A stretch of DNA of 64,000 bases from Guillardia theta CCMP2712. Lineage: Eukaryota; Protista; Cryptophyta. The position numbers and the translations under genes are program-made. This document shows, piece by piece, positions 24,282 through 35,760 of this stretch (the first letter of the stretch is position 1; every line of letters begins with the position of its first letter). Under the pieces are notes generated by a model that saw nothing but the letters and a program-made list of their open reading frames with translations, ran no database searches and was not told the origin of the DNA. Location: positions 138,033 to 202,032 of the forward strand of contig NW_005434576.1 in the NCBI RefSeq assembly GCF_000315625.1. The letters are read 5' to 3'.

Positions 24282-25917
24282 CTACTCCCATCCATGTAGC
24301 ATCAAATCTTTCTTCGCCTTAAGAAAACGACGGAATATCAGCATCTCGTTGGTGGTGTATCTCTTGGGTAAACTTTGATGATCTGATATGATAGAAATGT
24401 GAGACAAGTGAAAAGAAAAACAAGAAAAAAGACGAGAAGAGAAGAAATACAGAAAGGAGAAGAGAAGAGAAGAAATACAGAAAGGAAAATTCAGAGAACA
24501 ACATGAAGAGAAAGCAATTCAACAACAACATTAGTATTGTACCTGCCGAGTCGAAGCTGGGGTAGATGTCGCTTTCGCGCATGAAGCCTTCGGAGCCAAA
24601 GCTCCTCTCGAGCCAGTCTTCACCCGCATGTTGGTGTTTCACTTTCTTCACCTTCTTGGCGGGAGACGAGGACGCAGATCGCAGCTCGGACGTCCTCTTG
24701 TCGAAATCCTCAAGAAAGCTCCTCGTCTTGTCCAAGATCATGTCAACGTCCTGATACCGAGGGGACAAGACCACAGCTTCCTTGCGTGACGACGCTGATC
24801 CTCGAGCTTCGGTCAGCATGTCAACCTGAACAGACTTGTGCTCTACGATCCCGCACGTCTCCTTATACTCCCCGATCCTCTCGAGGTCCACAAAGTCGAA
24901 GGCGTTGTTGAGGCAGGCCAGCGTCTCCTCCAGCGCCCTCAAGCTCCTGCCGAACTTGTCGCTCATGGAGCCCAGGGCTCGAGCCGCTTCCTCCCTCTCG
25001 ACGCTCAGGCGCTGGTTGTGCTGCTGGGAGGCGACGAGCTGCTGGGAGAGAGAGCGGTTCTCGTTGAGGAGGAACGCGATGATCTTGTCAGCGCTGACCT
25101 TGAGCTCTCCGACGGCTCTCGCAGCATCGGCTTCCTCCTTAGACACACGAGCAGCGTCGGACGGAAGCGGCTGCTCCCCGACGTTGGCAAAGGCCTCGAG
25201 GTCAATGAAGGAGCGCGGTGAAACCTCGAAGCTTGCTCCTCCCACCTCGTCTCCACTGATGCTCAGGTCTGATCCTTGCGACGCTTCCCTGCCCTGTGGA
25301 CCATGACCCTCCGTCCCTCCTCGACCTCTGCGGTCACGCGCGTCTGTCTCCTCTTCTCCTCTCCTCCTCTGGTCTTCGTCGTGTACGTATCTCCCTGCAT
25401 GCAGCTGCGTTGCTGTCATGGACTCTGTCCCATGCTCGTTGAATGCTTCCTGGCGGGCCTCTCGCCTTCCTGCCTGAGGCTCCCACCCTCTTACGCCAGC
25501 CTCCTCCTCCACCCGCCGCTTGTGCTGTGTGGCCCCCTCCTTCCTTCCTTCCCCTCGACCTCCTCGGGATGTTCCGTTCGTCAGCATTCCTGTGCTGTTC
25601 TGCCTCCCTCGCTCACTCCGTCTCCATGCCACCAGCTCTTCATCACAGCAAGGTTGCTTCCTCACCATCGTTCTCCTCCTTTCCTCTTCTCTCATCTCCA
25701 TTCTACTCATGTCCTCTTGATGCCTGATACTCGTTTCCATGTTCCTCTCGATCTCTCGCCTCGCTTGCCTTCTCCTGTCCTCCTCCCTCCGGTCAAAGTA
25801 AGGTGCGTCGATCAACCTCCTCTCATCACTCCGTCCTCTCCCTGCCCTTCCTCCTCGCTCTACTTCCTCTCTTCTGTTCTTGTCCTCTACCGCGATGGTA
25901 ACAAGTAACGCGACCAT
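24282..25917 (-). CDS. Hypothetical charged/coiled-coil protein, 2 exons
   Basis: Long open frame with a heptad-like segment (NENRSLSQQLVASQQHNQRLSVEREEAARAL). Donor near 24542; the likely last exon reads DHQSLPKRYTTNEMLIFRRFLKAKKDLMLHGWE*. Confidence 0.55.
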
Positions 25918-26527
25918 GGCGACCCTGCTTGTACCCCCGTACCTCTTTGTGTATGGTAGTACCCCTCCAGTATACCAACTATGATGACATACCCTCTTCT
26001 GATACACTATTGGACAAACAAAGGTACCGGTACTTTAGTAGCTTGAAACCCGTGACCCACCCTTGTCTTCAACCCACCCCCGGGAACCCCACAATGTAAC
26101 CGCCATGGACACTCTTAATGTTGTACATCGATAGCATCACAAGTTTGATAGGTGAAATCACGAATGGAGGACGGGAGAAGGAGGAGGGGAGAGAAGGGGA
26201 GGAAGACGAGGAGAGAGCGAAGAGAAGGAAGACGATACAGTGCTGAAGGTAATCAGAAAACATGGAGGAAGGGCTGTCACTAGTTTGCTATGCTGTTGCT
26301 GGCATGTAGAGTCAAGTCCAACTGTGTTGTCCATATGGCAAGGGATGTGGCGTAGCGATATAGCGCGGGATGCGAACAATGTGCAAGCAGACTGCAGTTC
26401 AAAACGATGTATTTAAACTTGTGTAAGTGCGGTGGAGAAAACAAAATCTCACAGAAACCAACATTACAACAAGCTCCACCGTCGTTTTGCAACCATTTCA
26501 CGCATGCTTTATATCATCTACAAATGA

Positions 26528-27676
26528 TTACTCGACTTTCTTCCTAAATGAGCAACCCTCCATAAGACGTGCCTTTCCGCCAGTAGGCTGACACAAAACC
26601 TGATTGCAATTTCCGCACAAAACCACAGACTGAGCATGGCTGAATACAGTGGTACTGCAGAGGAGACATGTCAATGACCGACAATGCACTACTGAGAGGA
26701 TCTCACATGTTAAAGCATCCCGGACACTTCACATCCATGAAAAAGCTGTTAGGAGTTGGTACAAGCCTCTTGAGCTTGTGTTTACGCTTCTCGGCAGCTG
26801 GATTAGGGTGAAGCAGATCGTCCTCAATCTGTTACCGAACGAGTCAGTTGACTGTTGAAATACCACAAGCACAGCTGGGATTTGTGAGAGCAAGACAAGA
26901 TACATCCGCAAGTGACCAAAAGAAGCAAAGAAAAATAGACATGACAGCCATAACATGCCAATGATCAATATCTCCTTCAGCTGCTGTCTGAAAAAAATCT
27001 CCACAACAAACATAACGAAGTTTCAAGAAGCCCCTTCATTGACAACATCCGATCCTAAATATGGGATCTGTCCTCTTCCAACACGACACAAAGAACATGA
27101 AAGAATATCATATTAATTATCGTCTATATACGACTCACTTACACACAGACTTTCAAGTGATCAAACTGACGTTAATCAAAACCAAGACAGCCTTTCACAC
27201 CTCAACACTGGCTGTTCACAGAACCAATCAAATCAGCCATGATTTGTCTTCCGTGCACAGGAGAAAAAAGAATTGAGCAAAAACAAGTCAATCCTTTGAT
27301 CTCCGTAATGCTCCCCACTGGTACTGGACAAGTACAATGACACGTAATCATGTCGATTTCATTGCTCACAAATTGATCTTCACAGGACAGAATTTGCACA
27401 GGAAGCACATTAGCTGTGAGCTACACATATTGAAACTTCACAGGATATGAAAGTTAAGTAACATGAAGCCACGACACTTGAAAAAAACCCTGTGTCAAGC
27501 ACATTTTCCTGCTGCAACTCAAAATAGCTCGAGTGTCAACATCTGCTGTTTGAAACAAGCTCTCAACCTCAAACAAACACACAAATCTGACAACACAGGT
27601 TCAAATGTTTCAGAGAACAATCAGCATTCATCAGGGCTGGTCTTATCATGGCGGCGGCGTCTCTTACATACGGCAT
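26528..27676 (-). CDS. RPS27: 40S ribosomal protein S27 (eS27); exons 27676-27668, 26828-26707, 26654-26528
   Basis: Spliced: MPY|[41 protein letters not shown]|[41 protein letters not shown]. Not visible in the ORF track. Confidence 0.95.
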
Positions 27677-28139
27677 GGCGGCAGGCTGCTTGGCTGCGAG
27701 GCTGCTCTCCTGCTCCTCGTGCTCTGAAAAAAAAGAAACACTACCCCTCACCCCCCTCACATCCTTACACTACCCTACCTTTTCGTCTCCCCACCCCTCC
27801 TAATCCCTCCATAGACCCCACCGTTTTCATGACCCACCCTGATTATTCGTTGTCCACGATCACCCACCTCTAGTTTCACCATAGAACTGGAGTACCCCAC
27901 CATAAATAGTCAAATTCACCACCCCCTCTATCTGGACCAATGGACCAACCACTGTAGACAATTCGTTACCACCCCACCTATTTTTCTTACCTACCTACCC
28001 CAATTTGATCACCCTCCTTATTTCAGACCATGACCCTATGGGGTACCACACTCGAGGGGCGAGAAGAAACTTCAGTAACTTCTGTCGCCTTGAAAGTTTG
28101 ACGCCGAACCCCTCCAGCCAAACTTCAAAACTTAATCAC

Positions 28140-28575
28140 AGGCTGGCCAGGCTGTGCGGCCACTGTGGCGGCCCGCCCCCCCGGCCGGGGGCGGGGGCCG
28201 GGCCGCCACGCCGCCGGCTGCGCCGGGTCCGCATCCTCCGTGACTGAATTATTAAACTCGCCGCGCTGCCAGAGTCACTGTGGCCCACGGCGCTGAGCCT
28301 GTTGGGCCGCGCCGCCCGCCCGGTGCTGAGCGGCCCGGCGCCGGGCGGCCCGGGACTGGGATCGGATCACCGGCGGCCGGGCCGGCACGGTTCCGGCCCC
28401 GCCGCCGGCCCGGGCGGCCGCCCGGTCGCCGCCGCCACTGGCAGGGCCGGCCGGGCCCCGGCCGTACCGTACGAGTCCGGCACTGCAAGGCCTGAGTCTC
28501 ACGGTCGCCGACCGTCACCCGGGCCGCGCCGGGCCGCGCCTGGTACCGTACCGTACGCCGCGCGGCCGGGTACTA
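28140..28575. promoter_or_regulatory. GC/CCGG-rich island upstream of RPS27
   Basis: Very high GC with repeated GGCCGG/CCCGGG/CCGTAC words. Confidence 0.4.
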
Positions 28576-31500
28576 CGATACCCTCCATCATTGTGAACTT
28601 CGGAACTTGGAACTTTGCCAAGTTGAGCCTGCCGGCTCTAGGGCACGTACGGAGGAGTCGCAAGGAGAAAGGGTGGGGTAGTTCTGAGGGCAAATGGAGG
28701 GGAGGTACTGGATCATTCACAGATGCCATTCCAGGTAAAGTGAAACGGTGAGTGTTGATGATCCACGGATCTGTTGAGGCCATCTGTTATCCAAAAGACT
28801 TGTTTTCAACTACAAAGGGGTGATCTATAATTTAACTGTATCTGAGGAGGCGAAGATATCACTCCAAAAGAGTTGATTTCGGTAATCGGCGGACGATCCC
28901 TCCGTGAGTCTCGAAGGACTCTCTACAACACCAGGAGTTTTTAATTCCGTCGTCTCCCGTGTTGCCTCATCGACGTTCTCCTCCTCAAACCCACACGCGC
29001 GCTTACTAATTACAAACCTTATCGCTATCCAGACCCCATTGAAATTCTCTTTCTTTCCTTCCCTGATTGCTCATTTGGCTTCTTTCTCACTCAACTATAT
29101 CCCTTGACCGTCTTCGATTGGAATTTGCTACATACATCTCAGTTTTCACATCCAAGCATCCATGCAGCTCTCCGAAGAAGATTCTATTTTCAGTCCCAGC
29201 AACTCCGACTGCGAATCCTTACCAAACCGTCAAATACTTTGCGCTGATATCAGGGTTCCGTCGTTTAATATGAAGAAAGCCCAAAGTGCTCAGAACTTCA
29301 CCAATTTGAAGGAAAGTGTACAGAAACTCAGCAATTTGGAAGAAATGGATCAGAACTTACTAGACAAGTTGTTAAATATTTGGTAGTCCAAAATAAATAG
29401 ATTCCAAGAATATGATCGATGTCCCTGATGCACCAATGTGCCCGAGCGCCATCGATTTTTTTTTCATTTCAATCATTGTTCATTGATTCCGAGGTGTGTT
29501 ACAATCAAACCCGACCCTTGCTATAACACGCACACATGTCCGTATCTTCTCTTGTAAAACAAAAATATAGACTTGTGGAGGGCTTCTTTTCGGGTTCTCT
29601 TTACCTTGACAATCATTTTCTTTGTCTAACGGTCTTGTTTTATTGCGGAGTTGCAGTAGTTTCCCCTGCATAATGGTCTCCTCCAACTATGCCCATGATC
29701 ACTTTCGATTTCATCACTCTGTCCTGTGCAATTTTATTTGTCCTCTCTGATGTTCTAAGAGAACAATGATGCTGTGATCAGGGTTTACACCACGGAAAGG
29801 TATATTTTGCAAAATTCATTTGTACACAATATATCACAAGGTAGAGTTAATTACAGCTAGTTTTACATCACCAAAGATTGAGATATTTGGCAAGCTCTGG
29901 AGTAACATTTCCATCGAAGTGGATGGTATCATGTGGTCCACTTGCACAAAATTCCTTCTCCCACAACGTACGGAGGTAGTTGAAACGAATGCTGGTTTCA
30001 ACAAAATCCTTCTCTGATTTAGCATTTGTGTTGCTGAGTGTAAGCTCTCGGACTTGATCAACGAGCCCAAGGGAATGATCTGAATTGTTTGGTGTAACCC
30101 AGTGACAGGAGCACTTCTCATCGGCCATTTGATCGCTTGAACTGTATGAGGGCATGTTGGTTCAAATTCAAAGAGGAGCGAATAAGAAGACAGTGGAAGA
30201 GAACGGTATCAAGTGCTATAAGGTCGACGAATGCAAGGAAGGATAGCGCTAGAGCGGGGAGGAGGATCAGGGCGTGGGAGGGTGTGGCTGGGTGTAAGGT
30301 GCTGAGATGCTGCGGGAGGGTTGTGTTTGAAACTTCAAGAACGAGAAGGTTGGGAAAGCAGGGGAATCATGGCCCGTCATGCCCGGGGAAGTCAAAAGAA
30401 GTGCTTTCAGATTTCGAAAGATCCAGAAGTCCTCGAAACGACCCGTTTCTGAAGGATCCCCGGCCCCTGCAGTACAATTTCTTTACTCAAAGGGCCGCAC
30501 CCCAACCCCCGGACCGTGCTCCTCCGAGTCGCTCCGAAGGGTGAAAGTAACGTTTATGTAACGTTTCGTCCCCTTCTCGCTTCCACGAGGGTCAACGTCA
30601 AGGGAGGGGTAGTTGAAGATAGGAAAAGGGGGGTGATCCTCGAAATTCACCAGCAGCAAACGAGAACCATAGGGGTACTAAATGCAAGAGGGGGTACCTA
30701 CCTGGGTGTTCGATCACCATCACAATTCTCGTTCAAATTGGGGGTAAAGGGTGGTATTACTCGAAATATCGACACTCAGATGGGGTTATCATCCCAAGGG
30801 GTAGTGGATCGATGGGGGTGGGGTAGGTATGACTGGATTTTGGAGGGGTTGGCCTGAAGCCGCACGCAGGAGAGGCCGCAGAGGAGATGATGGATCACCC
30901 TACCCCGTCTTTGGTATTCATGCAGTACTACCCCCTTCCACCAATACCCCCGTACAAAAAGCCTCAATTGACATCAGATGGCTACCTATGGATACCTCAA
31001 AGATAACTCTATTCAGCCATTAATCAAAAAGGGGTAAGAGAGGACCATTGGACTGATATTGGACCTTCTTCACTACTTCCTTTGGTCTTGGGTCCCACCC
31101 CCATCGATTGGAACCAGAGAAGCCAACATTTCACCGACCCTGGTGGTCCTACTGATGATTTTCTTTAAGTTTTTCAATATGAAATTTACGCATAGAGGAT
31201 ACCTGGATGCTTGCTCTGAGGCCTCAAGGTAGGGGTGAGCACCCCTACCCCACCTCAGAGGGCCAAGGCATTACCCGTACAACTCTAAACAGGTCCATTC
31301 CTTTGCACCCCACCCTCAATATCACCACCCTGGGATACTTTCATGTGTACCCAAACACCACCTCCCTTATTCATTGGATATGTCTGAAGGATATTGTGGG
31401 GCATACCTGAAATTTTTATCGATTACTATATTATCTGAAATGAAGTATGGTCGTTACATAACAACATAAACTCCTCAACCTGTTAAAGGAGGGGTATCCA

Positions 31501-32697
31501 AATAACCCTACCCCGACGGATATACAACTTGCTTTGCACTACCCTTTCACTTGGACATTGGAATGATCCACCACCCCACGTGGAAAGCACCCCCACCCCC
31601 TGTCTACGAGACAGTCCTCGCCTCGGGCACCCCTCCCTCCCCCACGAGCAGGAGACGAGGAAGACAAGGCGAACGAGCGGCTAGTTCCAAGCGACAGAAG
31701 AACAGAGAACAGAGCAGAGCAGAGCAGCAGGATACATCTGTACCTGTGAGTTGGTTCGTAGACACACAGCTAGATACTTTCCTTGCTCAGCTTGGTTGTT
31801 CAAGGGAAGTGAAAGCGCAGAGCGTGTGAGGTATAGCAGGTAGTGGGGCAAGGTGAGTTGCAGCTCGATACATCGTTGTATAGTGGCGATACAAACGGAA
31901 AGATAATTAATTCGACGAGTCTTTGGTGATTGAAACAAGCAGCTCTCGGTGTGCCTGGACGGTGTATAGGAATTGCTGGTTGGGAAGATTGCGAAATCGG
32001 AATTGGTATCAAAGCATGAGGTAGGATAAGGGCGTCTGTGCGCAATCTGGGATAATTCAAGGACATCGAGCAAAGCTTCAACAGTTTGCTTTCATTCAAT
32101 TTTGGATATAACTTTTTGGTATTCATTGTGGATTTACGGCACGGTAATTGCGTCAAAAGTTTGAATTTAGTCCCTCTTTTCTCGAGTCCCCTTTCAGCCT
32201 TATTCTGGCACGGTGTCAGACTTGCTTGCACTTGGATTTGGTCTCAGCGGAGTTTCAATGATGTTGAGCTGATTCAGAACTGGGACTGCAGTCTATAACT
32301 TCTTCCCTTACTTGTTTTCCTCTTTGTGTAATTCTGCTGCATTTCAATTTTATTCTTTGACAAGACACCCCGTTCTTCTTCTACTACTTATTGTCTCTCA
32401 CCATCTTGCGCGTTCTTAAACTCTACTGAAATCTTGGTTCTTACCCTCTTCCAAATCATCGGATCAATCCAGTTCTGTGGCTCCCACCAAAACTCTCACT
32501 CGGCCCTCTGAAACAAGTTTACTTCGATACCCTCTGTTGGAACAAAGTTGACTGGCATTGGAGGCACCGTTGGAATTTTGTTTTGCTGTAAGTCCTCTCT
32601 ATTAACCTGCCATCACCGTCCAACCTTTGGGTGTGGGCGGTGCTGGAAGGGGGAGTCGTAAGGCGTGTTATGCCACGACTGCCATTGTTGCCTTTCC

Positions 32698-33753
32698 ATG
32701 GACGGTGTTAATCTCAAATCTGGCTGGCTGAATGCAGGTCGAACTGCAAATAGCAACATCACAGCTCCTCCGATCGAATCAATCTACAAGAACAATGACT
32801 TCTCGAACGGATCTAGCGAAGGAATTCTCAGCTCGGCTGGTTCCAACGGAGTCTCTCGTAATACAAGTTCTTCCAAGGGCATCATAGGGCCACGACCGAT
32901 CATGGGCAGCATGCCATGGCCGGCAGTGAACGGTTCGAGAGGTGGACAGACCACGAATCCTGGCTCGGGGTCTAGCTGGGGAAATCAGAACAGGGGTCTG
33001 TCAGGTTCGCAATCTTCTACACACTCAACTTCGAAGATCTCGGCTACCACAACCTTGCCCATTGCTAAGACCCTTCAGCCCTTGACCAAGACTACCGCTC
33101 CTGCGAGTGGCATCTCAAAGTCATCGTCTACCGGGACTCGCAGCGGAAGTTCGAGCTTGGTCAAGGCCCCACCAGTTGTTCAACCTGTGGTTCATGTTAC
33201 GGAGGTGAATGAGGAGTCGAAGCACTCGAAGAAAGAAAGCGACGGCAACAAGCAGATTCGAAAAGAGAAACTGGAGCAACGCAGAAAGTTTCTCGAAGAA
33301 CTGAGCAGGCAAGGGACTGGAGCGAAGTCCAAGTCTGAAGACGAGGCTGAACTTCCTCGAAGCGTGGAACCTGAAGTGGTAACCTCGCAGGAGGATGTCA
33401 AGAAACCTGCCGAGGAAGAGATCACAGAAGCTGTTTTGATAGACAGCAAGGTAGAGGAGGTGTCGCTATCCAAGGAAGAATGGAATGCCAAATGGAAGGA
33501 TATGTATGGCATGTTCGCACGTGGCTCAGAGGATTCTCATCTCATCGACGACGCCGACGAGAACTCTGACACCGGGGAAGGAGAGTCTCTCCTTACCGAA
33601 GAGGAGATGGCAACGTTTCGGGCTGTTTATGGGTCCAGGATTAGACGCAAGCAGCCCAAAGAATTTTTGATCCGAAGGAGCAAGGTGGAAGACCAGTTCG
33701 ACGTCACTGCTGGAGATGACAGCTACTCGACGTCGGATTCTGACGTGAGCTGA
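32698..33753 (+). CDS. Hypothetical low-complexity Ser/Glu-rich protein, possibly vasculin/GPBP1-like
   Basis: Intronless 351-aa frame. The N-terminal NLKSGWLN and C-terminal acidic LTEEEMATF loosely recall vasculin-family motifs. Confidence 0.6.
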   Translation: MDGVNLKSGWLNAGRTANSNITAPPIESIYKNNDFSNGSSEGILSSAGSNGVSRNTSSSKGIIGPRPIMGSMPWPAVNGSRGGQTTNPGSGSSWGNQNRGLSGSQSSTHSTSKISATTTLPIAKTLQPLTKTTAPASGISKSSSTGTRSGSSSLVKAPPVVQPVVHVTEVNEESKHSKKESDGNKQIRKEKLEQRRKFLEELSRQGTGAKSKSEDEAELPRSVEPEVVTSQEDVKKPAEEEITEAVLIDSKVEEVSLSKEEWNAKWKDMYGMFARGSEDSHLIDDADENSDTGEGESLLTEEEMATFRAVYGSRIRRKQPKEFLIRRSKVEDQFDVTAGDDSYSTSDSDVS

Positions 33754-33995
33754 AGGGATTAGACCGTACGCTCTGTGATCGACCAAAGTTCATGTTTTGA
33801 GTTCGTAAGATGTACAGTTTGCGCAGGTGTTGTGGTATACAAAGGGATTTGTCTTGGTTGTCTCCCCACCACAGCAAGCTTGTGAGCAGCGAGTATCTCA
33901 GTGGGTAAGAGTTTCAACAAGCTTGTCTTGAATGTTAGCCATGCAGTAAAGAATATTCGTTGTGTTGTGAAGATTAGCGAGAAGCCTTTCAGTTT

Positions 33996-34801
33996 CTACA
34001 GCTTCGCATTCTCAGGGAAATAGACAGCCATCTGAACTTCCTTCCTCTGAAACCCACAGCGTTCGTAGAACTTGACGTTGTCCTGCCAATCCGTCAAAGC
34101 TTTCTTCTACCTGTGCCTCTCTCCCTATTTCCCTCCCGCAAGCCAATCCCTCGTTATCTGCTCCTCCTCCTCCTCGACCTCAACTTCTTATCTCCCTCCT
34201 CAATGCCTCTGCTCCTTCTATTCCTCCGTCCTTCTTCCCTCTTCTCACCTCGGAACAGTCGAGGATAACCTTGTAGCACCCGACTTTTTTTCCGATGTCT
34301 TGCAGCGCAGCCATCAGCCGAGCTCCCACGTTCTTCCCCCGCAGACTAGCATCCACTACCACGTCTTCGATATGGCCAGCCAGTCCCCCTCCTCTGAGGA
34401 ACTTGTACTCGGTGAGGAGAGTAGCAGTCGCTACTATCCGACGTTCCTCCGTGTTCTCCACCACCACAGTGAAGTAGCTTCCGCTGCAGCGCACACCCAG
34501 TCAGGCCCGTCCTGCGCTCCACATCCCCCCCATACGCTTCCGTCGATCTCCTCTGCCCTCCTCTGCTCTCCTCCTCCTTCCTCCCTCCCTTGCAACATCC
34601 GCACCTGCTGCGCATCTTGTTGAAGATGTCGTTCCATCTCTCTTTGGGGATCTCAGGAGCTTTGGTGAGCTGAGCGAGCAGAGGAAGGAAGCTCTTTTCA
34701 TGATCGGAAGACTCCAGCGCCCTCAAGACAAGCTTGTCTGAAATCTTCGCCATGGTCTCGCTGATCTCTGGCGACTCGAACTGCTTGATCGCGCCTGACA
34801 T
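33996..34801 (-). CDS. GNA1: Glucosamine-6-phosphate N-acetyltransferase (GNAT), 3 exons
   Basis: LRALESSDHEKSFLPLLAQLT...IVATATLLTEYKFLRGGGLAGHIEDVVVDASLRGKNVG...GCYKVILDCSE|DNVKFYERCGFQRKEVQMAVYF. Start could be 34753 or 34801. Confidence 0.93.
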
Positions 34802-35760
34802 GGTACCTGTAGAGCAAGAGCAAGAAATTCTCAGGATAATGGGAGCGAGTTGCGGGTAGAAGGAGGGCAGATGCTTAACAAGCGGAAGTAGGTAAGAAAG
34901 AAACGGAGGTCAGGGAGTGAGAATACAAATAATCTCATCGTATTGTCAATGACATTGTACTACACTGAAGTCTGCCTCATCCAACCTACATCCTCCTTTC
35001 ACGGAATCAATTGGTCCTCTTACATCAAAATACCCGCGGAACTCCGACGCTACTTCTTTCTGCTTCTCCTTCTCCCTCTGCTTCTCCTCTTTCCATTCAT
35101 CGTCCTCATCATTGTCGGCAACGATCCCATCCTCCACCTCCTCTCCTCCTTCCCCTCTCCTCGCCTTCGTCCTTGTCATTGTAACTTTTCAGCGCTGTGG
35201 ATGAGGAGGTGGGGGTCATGACACCACCCTCCTCAAGAAGTGAAATTTTGTATCAAAGTACCGGTACTCACAAAAATTTCCAGGGTGGAGAAGTTTGGAG
35301 AGTTGCAAGCCAAACCCGCCTCAGGACAACAGTGCGGCGTCCGACAACCCGGTACTGAGTGACTGAGACCGGCGGTCACTGACTGAGTCTCGAGTTAGAG
35401 GCAGGGCCGGGCCCGTTCCATACAGACGGACAGCCGGGGCCTCACCCGTCGGAAGGCCCCCGGAGTCTTTTAGGCTCAACGATGTCGCGGGACATGAAAC
35501 TCAAGGCTCAGATGAATAAACCCACGGTGGTGGGCTTCTTCACTACCGTCGTTGGCTGCTAGGCTATGTCGCTCAGCACTGACTCAGGCTCCTCCTCCTC
35601 CTCCTCCTCTTCCCAGTCCTCCTCCTCCTGTCTGATCTTAGTAGCGTCTCAGTGTCACTGAGCCTTGCCGCTCGGCGGCTGCTGTTCCCAAACTCGTACT
35701 CCGAGCCTACTATCCCACGGCATCCTCCGGGTTTGCTCTCTCCTCCACTCAGCTCCCGCC

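Noticed and set aside
29680-29830. 'PDH' and 'IVGGD' words as a LINE APE endonuclease remnant
   Set aside because: The motif order is wrong for an APE domain and no reverse transcriptase motifs follow.
33996-34801. GNA1 forming a GlcNAc gene cluster with the LysM genes
   Set aside because: A housekeeping gene 10-20 kb from the LysM genes with unrelated genes between; chance proximity suffices.
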